The notes under the pieces were generated by a model that saw only the letters and a program-made list of their open reading frames with translations, had not been told where the DNA came from and made no database searches. The position numbers and the translations under genes are program-made. A DNA stretch of 64,000 nucleotides from Fimbriimonadales bacterium (GTDB lineage: Bacteria; Armatimonadota; Fimbriimonadia; Fimbriimonadales; JABRVX01), in the NCBI GenBank assembly GCA_045862955.1, contig BTVI01000010.1:27512-91511 (forward strand), given 5' to 3'. Position 1 is the stretch's first letter; every line of letters starts with the position of its first letter. Shown in pieces: positions 19,154 through 29,405 of this stretch.

Positions 19154-22100
19154 ATGGGTGGTCGTCATATCATCGTGCTTGCAGCCGTCGCAGCCAGTTC
19201 GTGCGCGTGGGCGCAGAGCAGCGGCTACTGGTACATGGGCTCCACCAGCCGCGTGTACACGACGGTGGAGAAGGCGTACGTCAGTCTCAACTACGAGGGC
19301 AACCCCAGCGGTCTGACAGTGGAAGTTTTCTACGGGCCCGCTCAGGGCGGCTTGCTTACCGAGACCAACGTTCAGGGTCGCGCGCCCGTCTCGGTGCTAC
19401 GACCGAACCTTAGGCCTGCGGCCCGGGGGCGGTATAGCAGCGGTGCAGTCCTGATCCCGACCAAGGAGCCAGGGTACTACATGGTCCGCGCCACGCTGGG
19501 CCAGCGCACGCGGACGACCTCATTCACGGTAAGCGATCTTGCCCTGGTCGCGAAGAGCGCTCCGAGCTCCACGCTGGTGTGGGTGCTGAACCGAAGGACT
19601 GGGGAACCCGTCGCAGGGGCTGCCGTCAAGGCGATCCGAGGAGGACAGGTGCTGGCCTCTGGCGCCACCGACCAGCAAGGTTTCTGGGTCACGCCGCGGC
19701 TAGAAGGCGAATACGAATTGGTTGCCTTGCGCGGCCAGCACGTGGCGCGCTTCACGCCGTACTACGCGCGTTCTGAAGGGCAGCCCAGCGCCAGCCTCGT
19801 TTACATGTACACCGACCGGAGCGTCTACCGCCCGGGCGACACCGTGCACTTTAAGGGTATCGCTAGGGACTGGGTTGCGGGCGAGTACGTCGAGGCGTCG
19901 GGCCGCTCCGCGAGCGTGGAGCTTCGCAACTCGTACGACGCCACTCTGCAGACCCAGGAGATCGTTTCTTCCTCCTCGGGTTCATTCGATGGCAGCTTCA
20001 AGCTGAGCGAATCGCTGGTCCCCGGCACCTATTGGGTGCGAGCGGATCTGGGCGACGGAATGGTGGGCTCAGCGGCGTTCGACATTGCCGAGTACCGCAA
20101 GCCGGAGTATCGTGTGACCCTGACACCCAGTGCTAACCCTGTCATCGCAGGCGAGAACCTGGTGTTCCGGCTCGAGGCCAAGTACTACTTCGGAGCGCCG
20201 CTAGCTGGAGCGAGCGTGCGATGGTCCGCCTTCGTGAACCAAGACTGGTATGGATGGAACCGCTTTCTGCCCAAAGACGACTGGGAGCCGCAGTGGGATG
20301 AATCCGAGGGAGAGAACGAGGACGGCGGCTACGCATGGGGGGACACCCGCTTCGAAGGGACCGGCAAGACCGGGCCGGATGGCGTACTTCTGATCGAGGT
20401 GCCCGCGTCGGTTCGCAGCAAGGTAGCCGAGAGGCCAGTGGGGCTGACCGTTAGCGCCGAGGTCCTGGACATCGCAGGCCGAGAGGGAAGTACCTCGGCG
20501 ACAGCCTACCTGCTTCCTGCGGCCCGCTTCGCAGAGGTGGAGCCCGCTTCCTGGGTTGGACCTGTCGGGCAGTCCGCGGAGATGAAGGTCCGAACGTGGG
20601 ACGTTACGCTCGGCCGCTCCGTGCCAGGTGCTCCCGTCCGCATCGAGATCGTTCGTTACTGGTGGGAGCAGTCGGGCAAAGAGTGGCGGGAGCGCAGCGA
20701 GGTTCAAGAGCGGCGCGATCTGACGGTCGGGGAGGACGGCAACGGGACGTTCCAGTTCGTGCCGCGTGTCGCCGGCAGCTACCGCCTAGTTGCGATCATG
20801 CAGGATGGCAGCGGCAGGGCGAGTCGTTATGAGAGTTACTACTATGCCCACGGCGGCGCAGGTGGCTACTGGGGTGGTCGAGAACGGCTCCAGATTCAGC
20901 CTTCCACGCGACGGGCGAGGGCGGGTGACACGCTCACTGTCTTGTTCCAGACTGGCACCCCGAATGCTACGCTTTGGTACAGCATCGAGGGCTCGACGAT
21001 CCACCATCATGGTCTGTTGAAGGCTAGCGGCGGAGTGGCCGTGCTGAACATCCCAATCACCCGGGAGATGATGCCCTGTATCTATGTGTGGGGAGGCTAC
21101 GCCGCCGAGGGAGTATTGCAATCCGATTCGGTAGGCGTGTGGATTGCCGACGAGAGCAAGCTCCTCGACCTGCGCGTGACTCCGGACTCGGATCGCCACC
21201 TACCAGGTGACAAGGTGCGCTATCGCATCGAGAGCCGGGATCTGCAAGGCAATCCTATACCGGCAGAAGTGTCGCTGGCGGTCGTAGACGAACCGCTCTT
21301 CGCAATCCGCCGAGATAACACCCCGGACATCCGCGCCTATTTCTATGGTAGTAGGCCGAACTCTGTGGAGACCGAACGAAGCGATGCGCTCTATTACCGG
21401 ATCGTGACCGGCGCGAGTGCTCCGGACGCGATTGCCTCCCTGCGGTTTGCCAGAGTGTATCAAAAGGAAGCCAGGGACGCGGAGAAGACGCAGGCCGGCG
21501 AGGGACGCGTGCGCAAGGAATTCCGTGATACTGCATTCTGGCGCGCGACCATCGAGACCGATGAGACCGGGCAGGCCGAAGTGGAGTTCACGTTGCCCGA
21601 TAACCTCACGCAGTGGCGGGCCACCGCGCGCGGCGTTGGCGAGGGCACGAGCGTGGGGCAGGCAGTGAACAAGGAACTGCGTGTTACGAAGCCACTCATC
21701 GCATCGCTCAACCTGCCACGTTTCGTAAGTGTAGGTGATGAGTTCAGAGTTATCGCAGTGGTGCGGAACACCACCGATCGTGTGCAGACCGCGCAGGTGG
21801 TGTTCGAGGCGGACGAGCATTTGGCAGTGCTAACACGCCCGGAGACCTCGGTGATGGTGCCTGCGAACGGAGAGTGGCGCTACGACATCTCCGCGCGTGC
21901 TGCAAAGAGTGGCACTTGCACGGTGTATCTGGCCGCTACCTCTCAGACCCACCAAGATGCCGTCGAGCTGCGTCTGAATGTTTTGGAGTATCGCAACCTG
22001 CAGACACGCACCCAGTCTGGCGTGACCGCTGGTACCGTCAGCCAGCCCATTCCGCTGGCTAAGGATCGAACGCTCGGTAGCGAGAGCCTCGAGTTTCGAA

Positions 22101-23695
22101 TCTCGCCTACGCTCACCTCGTTGCTGCTCGGCTCGGTCGAAGCTCTCGCGCAATACCCTTATGGGTGCATCGAGCAGACTACCAGTCCGATGCTAGCGGA
22201 CCTCGCGCTGTTGGATGTGCTCTCGGCCGAGGGCCGTAGTCGCCCCGAGCTGGAGGCGAAGCTCAGGGACATGGTACAGGTTGGGCTGAGCCGGCTGTAC
22301 GCCATGCAGGAGTATGACGGCGGCTGGGGATGGGGTGACCACTCGGAGAGCGACCTATACTGGACTGCCTATGTGATGAGTGGTCTGGCTGAGGCCAGGC
22401 GCAGCGGCTTCCAGGTAGACGATGATACCTTCCGGCGCGGCTTAGATCGCCTTGCCACTATGGTTGTGAGGGTGGATGACAGTAAGCCCAGAGGAGCCAA
22501 GCCGGCAGACGAGGCTACTTGGCGCTATCGCAGCGCGTTGCAGTCCAAGACTCTGGCACTCGAGGTGCTATCTCGCATTCAGCCGGAAGCCTGGCGAACT
22601 GCTGCTGAGCGCATGGCGGCGCGTACGGGCGAGCTTGCTCCGGCAGGTCTGGCCCGCCTCGCGATGACACTTAAGAATGTGGGGCACGACGCCCTAGCGG
22701 GCAAAGTGATGCGGGAGCTGATAGGTAAGGGTAGGCAGGGCGGCGGGCTGATGTCGTGGCCTGCGGACTATCGGGACGAGTCGTGGTGGTACTACGGCGA
22801 GCAGGATACACAGGTAGCTGCACTGGCGCTTCAGGCCATGTGTGAGCTCGGCACTTCGAGCAGTGAGCGAGATGCAGTGCTGCAGTGGCTCTGCTCGGCT
22901 AGGCGTGGTGACATGTGGTACTCCACGAACGACACCGCTACCATCGCACGCGCCCTCGCGACATACATCCGCACGACGGGCGAACGGCCGTTCACTGGAC
23001 GTGTCACTCTCGCCGTAGACGGCCGAAATGTGCAGTCCTGGGAGATCGGGCGCGACCATGGTCAGGAGATCGTGGGCAAGGTGGGGCCGGAGCTGCTGCA
23101 GGGCAGCACACCCAGGTGGGAGTTGCGCCTGGAGGGCTCCGGATCGCTTCGGTACGCGGTGACCACTCGCTACAACCTGCCCTATGCACAGCGCGCCTCC
23201 GGTGCAGGCATAGCGGTATCGCGCACGTATCGCAAGCTCGTTACGAAGGTGGTCACTCACAAGAGTGGAAGTTACACCTGGACGGAGCAGCAGTACTCCA
23301 CGACCTCGCCTGTTTCGAGCGTAGTGCCTGGTGACGAGGTGGTAGTCAAGCTGGTAGTGAAGAGCGATCGGCCACTGCGACACCTGGTTCTGGAAGACCC
23401 GCTTCCTGCCGGATTGGAACCGATTGACGAGCGCAACAGCGAGTTTCTGTATTCGGGCTGGTTGTTCGATGATGATCGATACGACTGGTACGGATATGCT
23501 AGGAGAGAGCAACACGATAACCGTGTCACGCTTCTGTTGGAGCATGTGCCATCGGGAGAGACTGCTTACTACTACGTGGTTCGCGCCGTGACGCCGGGCT
23601 CGTTTACGGCAGGTCCTGCGGTGGTGAGTGCAATGTATGCGGCAGGGATCGAGGGTCGCAGCGAAACGGGTCGGATATCGGTGCGAGTGAGATGA
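19154..23695 (+). CDS. Bacterial alpha-2-macroglobulin
   Basis: YTDRSVYRPGD, EYRKPEY, VRKEFRDTAFW, LPDNLTQW, thioester YPYGCIEQ, EDPLPAGLE. Confidence 0.93.
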   Translation: MGGRHIIVLAAVAASSCAWAQSSGYWYMGSTSRVYTTVEKAYVSLNYEGNPSGLTVEVFYGPAQGGLLTETNVQGRAPVSVLRPNLRPAARGRYSSGAVLIPTKEPGYYMVRATLGQRTRTTSFTVSDLALVAKSAPSSTLVWVLNRRTGEPVAGAAVKAIRGGQVLASGATDQQGFWVTPRLEGEYELVALRGQHVARFTPYYARSEGQPSASLVYMYTDRSVYRPGDTVHFKGIARDWVAGEYVEASGRSASVELRNSYDATLQTQEIVSSSSGSFDGSFKLSESLVPGTYWVRADLGDGMVGSAAFDIAEYRKPEYRVTLTPSANPVIAGENLVFRLEAKYYFGAPLAGASVRWSAFVNQDWYGWNRFLPKDDWEPQWDESEGENEDGGYAWGDTRFEGTGKTGPDGVLLIEVPASVRSKVAERPVGLTVSAEVLDIAGREGSTSATAYLLPAARFAEVEPASWVGPVGQSAEMKVRTWDVTLGRSVPGAPVRIEIVRYWWEQSGKEWRERSEVQERRDLTVGEDGNGTFQFVPRVAGSYRLVAIMQDGSGRASRYESYYYAHGGAGGYWGGRERLQIQPSTRRARAGDTLTVLFQTGTPNATLWYSIEGSTIHHHGLLKASGGVAVLNIPITREMMPCIYVWGGYAAEGVLQSDSVGVWIADESKLLDLRVTPDSDRHLPGDKVRYRIESRDLQGNPIPAEVSLAVVDEPLFAIRRDNTPDIRAYFYGSRPNSVETERSDALYYRIVTGASAPDAIASLRFARVYQKEARDAEKTQAGEGRVRKEFRDTAFWRATIETDETGQAEVEFTLPDNLTQWRATARGVGEGTSVGQAVNKELRVTKPLIASLNLPRFVSVGDEFRVIAVVRNTTDRVQTAQVVFEADEHLAVLTRPETSVMVPANGEWRYDISARAAKSGTCTVYLAATSQTHQDAVELRLNVLEYRNLQTRTQSGVTAGTVSQPIPLAKDRTLGSESLEFRISPTLTSLLLGSVEALAQYPYGCIEQTTSPMLADLALLDVLSAEGRSRPELEAKLRDMVQVGLSRLYAMQEYDGGWGWGDHSESDLYWTAYVMSGLAEARRSGFQVDDDTFRRGLDRLATMVVRVDDSKPRGAKPADEATWRYRSALQSKTLALEVLSRIQPEAWRTAAERMAARTGELAPAGLARLAMTLKNVGHDALAGKVMRELIGKGRQGGGLMSWPADYRDESWWYYGEQDTQVAALALQAMCELGTSSSERDAVLQWLCSARRGDMWYSTNDTATIARALATYIRTTGERPFTGRVTLAVDGRNVQSWEIGRDHGQEIVGKVGPELLQGSTPRWELRLEGSGSLRYAVTTRYNLPYAQRASGAGIAVSRTYRKLVTKVVTHKSGSYTWTEQQYSTTSPVSSVVPGDEVVVKLVVKSDRPLRHLVLEDPLPAGLEPIDERNSEFLYSGWLFDDDRYDWYGYARREQHDNRVTLLLEHVPSGETAYYYVVRAVTPGSFTAGPAVVSAMYAAGIEGRSETGRISVRVR

Positions 23696-24351
23696 CGGTA
23701 GCCCTTCTCGCTTCGGTGCTACTGCAGACTTGGCACGGCTTGGCTGCAGAAGCCGCGACGCCGCATGTGTTAGCAACGTTCGCGACCGAGCTGTCGCGCG
23801 CGGAGTGGGCGCGCAACGAGAACGTGGGAGTTGCGGCCCGAAAACTGAGCGGGGTGTACCTGGCGCCAGGGGCGGAGTTCTCGTTCAATCGTCTGGTGGG
23901 ATCGAGGACTTCGGAAGCTGGATACCGGAATGCACCGACCTTCACCCCGCTGGGCAAGTTAGACAGCCTGGCCGGTGGAATCTGTCAACTTAGTAGTACG
24001 GTGTACAATGCTGCGTTGTTGGCTAACCTGGAGATCGTCGAGCGCCATCCGCACAGCCTGACCGTACGATATCTCGTGCCGGGCCGGGACGCGACTGTCT
24101 CCGAGTATGCCGATCTGCGCTTTCGCAACTCACGAGAGGGCCCGATTCGGCTTGTTGTCGAACTCAGCGGGCGTCAGCTCAAGTGTACGATCATGGGGGC
24201 GGAGCCGATGCGCGAGCAGGTGGCTATCGAGGTGGAGAAGCGTACCCTGGCGACGGGGCACGTCGTAACGCGAACGTTTCGCGAGGTGAGCTGCGCAGGT
24301 GCCACGAAGCGGGTGTTGGTGTCGGAAGACACTTACATCCCCGCGTACTAG
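23692..24351 (+). CDS. Secreted VanW-domain protein
   Basis: FSFNRLVG, GGICQLSSTVYNAAL, ERHPHS, GRDATV, DLRFRN. Confidence 0.88.
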   Translation: MTVALLASVLLQTWHGLAAEAATPHVLATFATELSRAEWARNENVGVAARKLSGVYLAPGAEFSFNRLVGSRTSEAGYRNAPTFTPLGKLDSLAGGICQLSSTVYNAALLANLEIVERHPHSLTVRYLVPGRDATVSEYADLRFRNSREGPIRLVVELSGRQLKCTIMGAEPMREQVAIEVEKRTLATGHVVTRTFREVSCAGATKRVLVSEDTYIPAY

Positions 24352-24377
24352 CAGACTAACTACGGAGGGTTCGACAC

Positions 24378-26204
24378 ATGTGTGGGATCACGGGATATGT
24401 AGGTCCGAGAGAGGCGGTCGCTGTTGCCGTCGAGTCTCTACGCAGATTGGAGTACCGCGGTTACGACTCTGCGGGCGTGGCCTATGCCAACGGCTCAGGC
24501 ATCAGCGTAATCAAACAGGCCGGCAAAATCGCGGAGCTGGAGCGGCGACTGCAAGGTTTCGACACTCACTCGAATACCGCCGTGGCACATACTCGCTGGG
24601 CCACCCACGGTGCTCCGACGACCGATAACGCCCACCCGCACTGGGACTCCTCCCAATCGGTTGCCATCGTGCACAACGGAATCATCGAAAACTACCTCGA
24701 GCTACGTCAGGAGCTAGAGGCAAAAGGCCATCCCTTTCGATCCGAGACGGATACCGAGGTGATCGCGCACGTAATCGAAGAGGAGCTTAAGCTGGGAGGC
24801 AGCTTTGCCGACGCAGTTCGCCGCGCTTCCAAGAAGCTTCGCGGAGCATACGCCGTGGCCACCGTTTCGAACGCGGATCCCGAGGCGATCGTTGCACTGC
24901 GTTGCGACTCCCCGCTCGTCATAGGCTTGGGGGAAAACGAGAACTTTCTTGCATCCGACATTCCTGCGTTACTGCCGTACACACGGAACGTGATCATCCT
25001 AGAGAACGGTGACATGGCAGTGCTCCGTCGAGATCGCGTGCAGGTGTACGACTCGGAGGGTCGGCCGGTCGAGCGTCCGGTGCAGCATGTGGAGTGGGAC
25101 GTGGAGTCCGCAGAGAAGGGGGGCTATGACCACTTCATGCTGAAGGAGATCCACGAGCAGCCGGATACGCTGGCTCAAACGTTATTGGGTCGCGTGGTGG
25201 ATGGACGCGTGAGGCTGGATGTCGGCCTGACGGACGAGCAGTGGAAGTCCTTCGAGCGGTTCGTCATCGTTGCATGTGGCACTGCGTTTCACGCAGGCCT
25301 GATCGGAGCACGCATGATCGAGGGCTACCTCCGCATCCCAGTGAAAGTGGAGTTCTCGTCGGAGTTCCGCTACTCGGACCCGCTGCTAGGCCCCAAGGAC
25401 CTCGCTATCTTCATCAGCCAGTCGGGTGAGACCGCGGACACGCTGGCTGCCTTGCGCCTGTGCAAGGAGCGTGGGGCGAAAACTCTGGGCATCATCAACG
25501 TAGTAGGTAGCACGATGGCACGCGAGTGCGACCATGTGCTGTATGTGCAAGCTGGTCCAGAGATCTGCGTGGCATCTACCAAAGCCTACAGCGCGCAGGT
25601 GTGCGCCATCATGCTGATCGCCTTGCACCTGGATGCGCTGCGTGGTGTTAGTCCAGAGACCGTGCCATTCATGGTGTCGGAGCTGGTCAAGCAGCCGGAG
25701 CGCCTGCGAGCGATCCTGCAGCAGGAGGAGAAGATCGCCGCGATCGCACGCGAGGTGAAGGACACATCGCTCTGTTTCTTCCTAGGACGGGGCGTGGACG
25801 ATGCGGTAGCGATGGAAGGTGCCCTCAAGCTTAAGGAGATTGCCTACATCCCAACACAGGAGTGCCCTGCGGGCGAGATGAAGCACGGTCCGCTCGCGTT
25901 GGTCGAGCCGGGCACGCTGGCCGTTTTCGTCGCGACGCAGACCCGAACACGGGACAAGATCGCCGGCAACATCAAGGAGATCAAGGCACGTGGCGCACGT
26001 ACTCTCGCCATCGTGCAGGAGGGCGAAGAGACCATTCCCCAGATATCGGACTTCTGTGTACAGATCCCGCGCTGCGGCCACGACCTGTTCGCGGCTCCGC
26101 TCGCCGTCCTGCCCTTGCAGATGTTCGCATACTTCGTGGCCAAAGAAAGAGGCTGCGACATAGATCAACCGCGAAACTTGGCGAAGAGCGTTACCGTAGA
26201 GTAA
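24378..26204 (+). CDS. glmS: Glutamine--fructose-6-phosphate aminotransferase
   Basis: MCGI, HTRWATHG, SQSGET, PRNLAKSVTVE. Confidence 0.98.
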   Translation: MCGITGYVGPREAVAVAVESLRRLEYRGYDSAGVAYANGSGISVIKQAGKIAELERRLQGFDTHSNTAVAHTRWATHGAPTTDNAHPHWDSSQSVAIVHNGIIENYLELRQELEAKGHPFRSETDTEVIAHVIEEELKLGGSFADAVRRASKKLRGAYAVATVSNADPEAIVALRCDSPLVIGLGENENFLASDIPALLPYTRNVIILENGDMAVLRRDRVQVYDSEGRPVERPVQHVEWDVESAEKGGYDHFMLKEIHEQPDTLAQTLLGRVVDGRVRLDVGLTDEQWKSFERFVIVACGTAFHAGLIGARMIEGYLRIPVKVEFSSEFRYSDPLLGPKDLAIFISQSGETADTLAALRLCKERGAKTLGIINVVGSTMARECDHVLYVQAGPEICVASTKAYSAQVCAIMLIALHLDALRGVSPETVPFMVSELVKQPERLRAILQQEEKIAAIAREVKDTSLCFFLGRGVDDAVAMEGALKLKEIAYIPTQECPAGEMKHGPLALVEPGTLAVFVATQTRTRDKIAGNIKEIKARGARTLAIVQEGEETIPQISDFCVQIPRCGHDLFAAPLAVLPLQMFAYFVAKERGCDIDQPRNLAKSVTVE

Positions 26205-26214
26205 GCCGAATGGC

Positions 26215-27315
26215 ATGACATCGAAGGTAGCGGTACTGAAGACTTCACCACGGACGGTGCTCGACGACATCGCCCGGGTAATGGATCTGGGTGGAGTGCG
26301 TGAGGCCCTCAGCACCGAAACGGATCTGCTGCTCAAACTAAACCTATCCTGGACACTCTACTTCCCGGCATGCTCCTCGCAGCCATGGCAGCTGCACGGT
26401 GCCGTTCGCGCATTGCTGGACATCGGATTTCCGAAGGAGCGTCTGTTCCCGGTCGAACACCGCACCGTGGTTACAGATCCGCTGAAGGGGCTCGTCAACA
26501 ATGCGTGGGCCCCCGTACTCAACCACTATCAGATTCCGTTCACGCCACTCACCGACGTGGAGTGGGTGCAGCACGAGTTCCGGGAGCCGCTGCTCAAGCT
26601 GAATGTAGTCTTCCCAGAGGGAATTCGCATACCCAAGATGTACGTCGGCAAGCAGGTGTTGCACCTTCCGACGGTGAAGACGCATGGGCACAGCACGACC
26701 ACGGGTGCAATCAAGAACTCCTTCGGCGGATTGCTGCAAGAAGCGAGGCACTATGCGCACAAGTACATCCATGAGGTGCTCGTGGACCTCATGACCATGC
26801 AGCGGGAGCTGCATCCCGGCATCTTCGCGCTGATGGATGGCACGGTGTGTGGAGACGGGGCGGGCCCGCGTACCATGGTGCCGCACGTGAAGAACTACCT
26901 GCTTGCTTCAGCGGACCAGGTCGCTATCGATGCCGTCGCCGCGAAGATGATGGGCTTCGACCCGCTCGAAATCCCCTATCTGCGGATGTGTGCAGAGCGC
27001 GGTTACGGTGTGGCGGATCCACGCGACATAGAGATCGTGGGAGAAAACATCGAAGCGGTGGACTTCGGGTTTCACGTCAAGCGTAGTTTCGTTATCTGGG
27101 GCGACCAGATGATACGCAAGGGACCGCTGCGACCGCTGGAGAAGCTCCTGCTCCACTCACCGCTATGGCACTGGGCACCGGCTGCGAGTGCCATCTATCA
27201 TGACTGGCTCTGGTACCCAACCATCGGTCGCCGTTTCATTCGGCAGTTCATGGACAGCGAGTGGGGCCCGCTGTGGCAGGCCTACCGCGATGGCTCTGCC
27301 CTGTCAGGTGCCTAG
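26215..27315 (+). CDS. DUF362-family protein
   Basis: LLKLN, PTVKTH, TGAIKN, DQVAIDAVAAKMMG. Confidence 0.75.
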   Translation: MTSKVAVLKTSPRTVLDDIARVMDLGGVREALSTETDLLLKLNLSWTLYFPACSSQPWQLHGAVRALLDIGFPKERLFPVEHRTVVTDPLKGLVNNAWAPVLNHYQIPFTPLTDVEWVQHEFREPLLKLNVVFPEGIRIPKMYVGKQVLHLPTVKTHGHSTTTGAIKNSFGGLLQEARHYAHKYIHEVLVDLMTMQRELHPGIFALMDGTVCGDGAGPRTMVPHVKNYLLASADQVAIDAVAAKMMGFDPLEIPYLRMCAERGYGVADPRDIEIVGENIEAVDFGFHVKRSFVIWGDQMIRKGPLRPLEKLLLHSPLWHWAPAASAIYHDWLWYPTIGRRFIRQFMDSEWGPLWQAYRDGSALSGA

Positions 27316-27329
27316 GTGGTATCCACCTC

Positions 27330-27680
27330 GTTGCCCTCTCCGCTGGGAGAGGGTGGGCCAGTGAGGAGGCCGGTGCCCGCGGCCACATGGATTCCGCATC
27401 CGTCGGTCAGCAATTCGAGCCGGACCCCCAGCCCATCCCTCCCCCTTGCGCTTCGCTCCAGGGGATGGAGTTCCCAGTGACACACCCTCTGCGAGTGGTG
27501 AGAGGTGGAAGTAGACCTTTCGTCACAGAGTGACGTCACGCTGAGCTTGCCGAAGCATGCAGTCGCATGCCGCGCCTTGTCACCTTCACATCCCACGCAC
27601 GCGGCTCCCGGCGTCATGCTTCGACTGGCTCAGCATGACGGCGACCATAGCCCACCCTCGAGAGCGGGTGGAGAGATGGG
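27330..27680. repeat. Mosaic of REP-like palindromes including a 105-bp inverted-repeat element (27535-27639)
   Basis: CCCTCTCC..GGAGAGGG hairpins; GTCACGCTGAGCTTGCCGAAGCATG...CATGCTTCGACTGGCTCAGCATGAC. Confidence 0.7.
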
Positions 27681-27702
27681 ATTTGAGCCAGGTCTGGCTG
27701 GC

Positions 27703-28443
27703 TCAGCTCTCCTCCTGGGACGGGTCGGGGCGAGCGAGGCGCTCGGGATCCGGGTCCTCCAGTCCGGCGGCAGGACGTAGAAGCTCCCGATTGGCCGCCT
27801 CCTCAGCGTCCTCCGCAGCCATCAGCAGGGTGCGCCGTTCCTCTTCCTCCGCGGCTCGGGCCTCGACGGCCTCCCGGGCACGCCGAGCCAGCAGCGGAAG
27901 GTCCTCGGGCCACTCCCAGCGCATTACGGGCGGCGGTCCCACCACTCCCAGGCCGCCCCCGAGGTCGTCCAAAACCCCGCGCTCCGGCCGGAAGCCCAAC
28001 TCCTCGGCCAGCTCCATCTGCTCGGCGGTCACGTAGCGGCCGCCGGCCAGGTCCTCTGCAATCTGCAGGACGCGCTGCTCGGCCCGCCGGACCGCAGACA
28101 GCTCCTGCTCTCCACCGAACTGGCCCACGGCGACCACCGCAGCGCGCAGAACGGCCGGATCGGCGGAGTTCAGCAAGGCTGCGACCTCGCGGCAGGTTTC
28201 AGGCGAGAGCTTCCGGGCGTCCTCGGGCTTCAGGTCGAGCAACGCCCGCACGAGGGCCTCTCGGTGCGTTCGGTCATTCGGGGCCTCGATGGCCGCCGCC
28301 AGCGCGTCCTCCACCTGGTCCGCCCCCGTGCGAGGGACGATGACCGGCTCGTCTTCCGATCGGCGCGCCACGAGCCAGGCATACGCTGCTCCCACCAAAA
28401 GCAGCGCCGCCGCGCCGACCACGAGAGCCACCAACGCGTCCAT
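27703..28443 (-). CDS. Membrane-anchored helical (HEAT-like) hypothetical protein
   Basis: GGAGG RBS, N-terminal TM, DPAVLRAAVVAVGQFGG. Confidence 0.65.
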   Translation of the reverse strand: MDALVALVVGAAALLLVGAAYAWLVARRSEDEPVIVPRTGADQVEDALAAAIEAPNDRTHREALVRALLDLKPEDARKLSPETCREVAALLNSADPAVLRAAVVAVGQFGGEQELSAVRRAEQRVLQIAEDLAGGRYVTAEQMELAEELGFRPERGVLDDLGGGLGVVGPPPVMRWEWPEDLPLLARRAREAVEARAAEEEERRTLLMAAEDAEEAANRELLRPAAGLEDPDPERLARPDPSQEES

Positions 28444-28586
28444 CAGGCAACCTCCCTCCTCAGTGTACACCCGGCTGCCGAGTGGAGCGTTCCCACGCAC
28501 CTCTACCGGTTTGGATGCCGAGCGTCTGAAACCCGGTAACCCTCGGCTGCCCCGCGGTCGGCAGGCGGCCAATAACCCAGAACGAG

Positions 28587-29312
28587 ATGACGCGGGGAAT
28601 CTATGCGGGAGCGACGGGGATGCACGCCCAGCAACTGGCTCTGGACGTCATCGCCGGCAATCTCGCGAATGCAAACAGCACGGCTTTCAAGAGCGACCGA
28701 CTCAGTTTCCGCGAGGCGCTGGACCGGGAAGTCCACGCTCCTGGCGAAGCCGCCACGCGCACCGTCGGGCGGCTCGGCGGAGGCGCCGTCGTCGAGGGCC
28801 GAACGATGCTCGGAACGCAGGGAGCCCTGATCCCGACGGGCAACGCTCTGGACGTCGCTATCGAAGGTGAAGGCTATTTCAGCGTCCGGACGCCCGCCGG
28901 GGTGCGCTACACCCGAGCCGGTTCCTTCCAGGTGGACGCCACCGGCATGCTGACGACGCGCGACGGTCACCCCGTCCTGGGCTCCAACGGGCCCATTCAA
29001 GTGCCGCGCGGCGCGACGCCCACGATTGACCCCACCGGCCTGGTGCAGGCTGGGGGCGCGACCCTGGACCGGTTGGCTGTGGTGACTGGCGACCTCACGA
29101 AGGCAGGCAATGGCCTATACGTGGGCGCCGCGAAGCCCTTGGCCAACCCTCGGCTCGAGCCGGGCTATCTCGAGGCGTCCAACGTGAACGCTGTCACCGA
29201 GATGGTCCACATGATAGCGACACTGCGCGTGTTCGAGGCGAACCAGCGCGTCGTTCAGGCGCAGGATGAGACGTTACAGAAGGCAGTCAACGACCTCGCG
29301 CGATTAGGCTGA
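28587..29312 (+). CDS. flgF: Flagellar basal-body rod protein FlgF
   Basis: GNLANANSTAFK, TGNALDVAIEGEGYF, LEASNVN; lies upstream of flgG. Confidence 0.85.
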   Translation: MTRGIYAGATGMHAQQLALDVIAGNLANANSTAFKSDRLSFREALDREVHAPGEAATRTVGRLGGGAVVEGRTMLGTQGALIPTGNALDVAIEGEGYFSVRTPAGVRYTRAGSFQVDATGMLTTRDGHPVLGSNGPIQVPRGATPTIDPTGLVQAGGATLDRLAVVTGDLTKAGNGLYVGAAKPLANPRLEPGYLEASNVNAVTEMVHMIATLRVFEANQRVVQAQDETLQKAVNDLARLG

Positions 29313-29405
29313 CGCCGGACCCCGCCTAGCGGGGAGGCGATGGGCGCCCTGGAGTGACGGAAGGGGCGCAGCGCGAGGCGACCGACCGGAAGGAGGTCGC
29401 TAGCG

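Noticed and set aside
24352..24377. glmS ribozyme
   Set aside because: Only 26 nt separate VanW and glmS.
28540..28586. Sigma-28 promoter before flgF (GCCAATAA)
   Set aside because: No TAAA-like -35 at the correct spacing.
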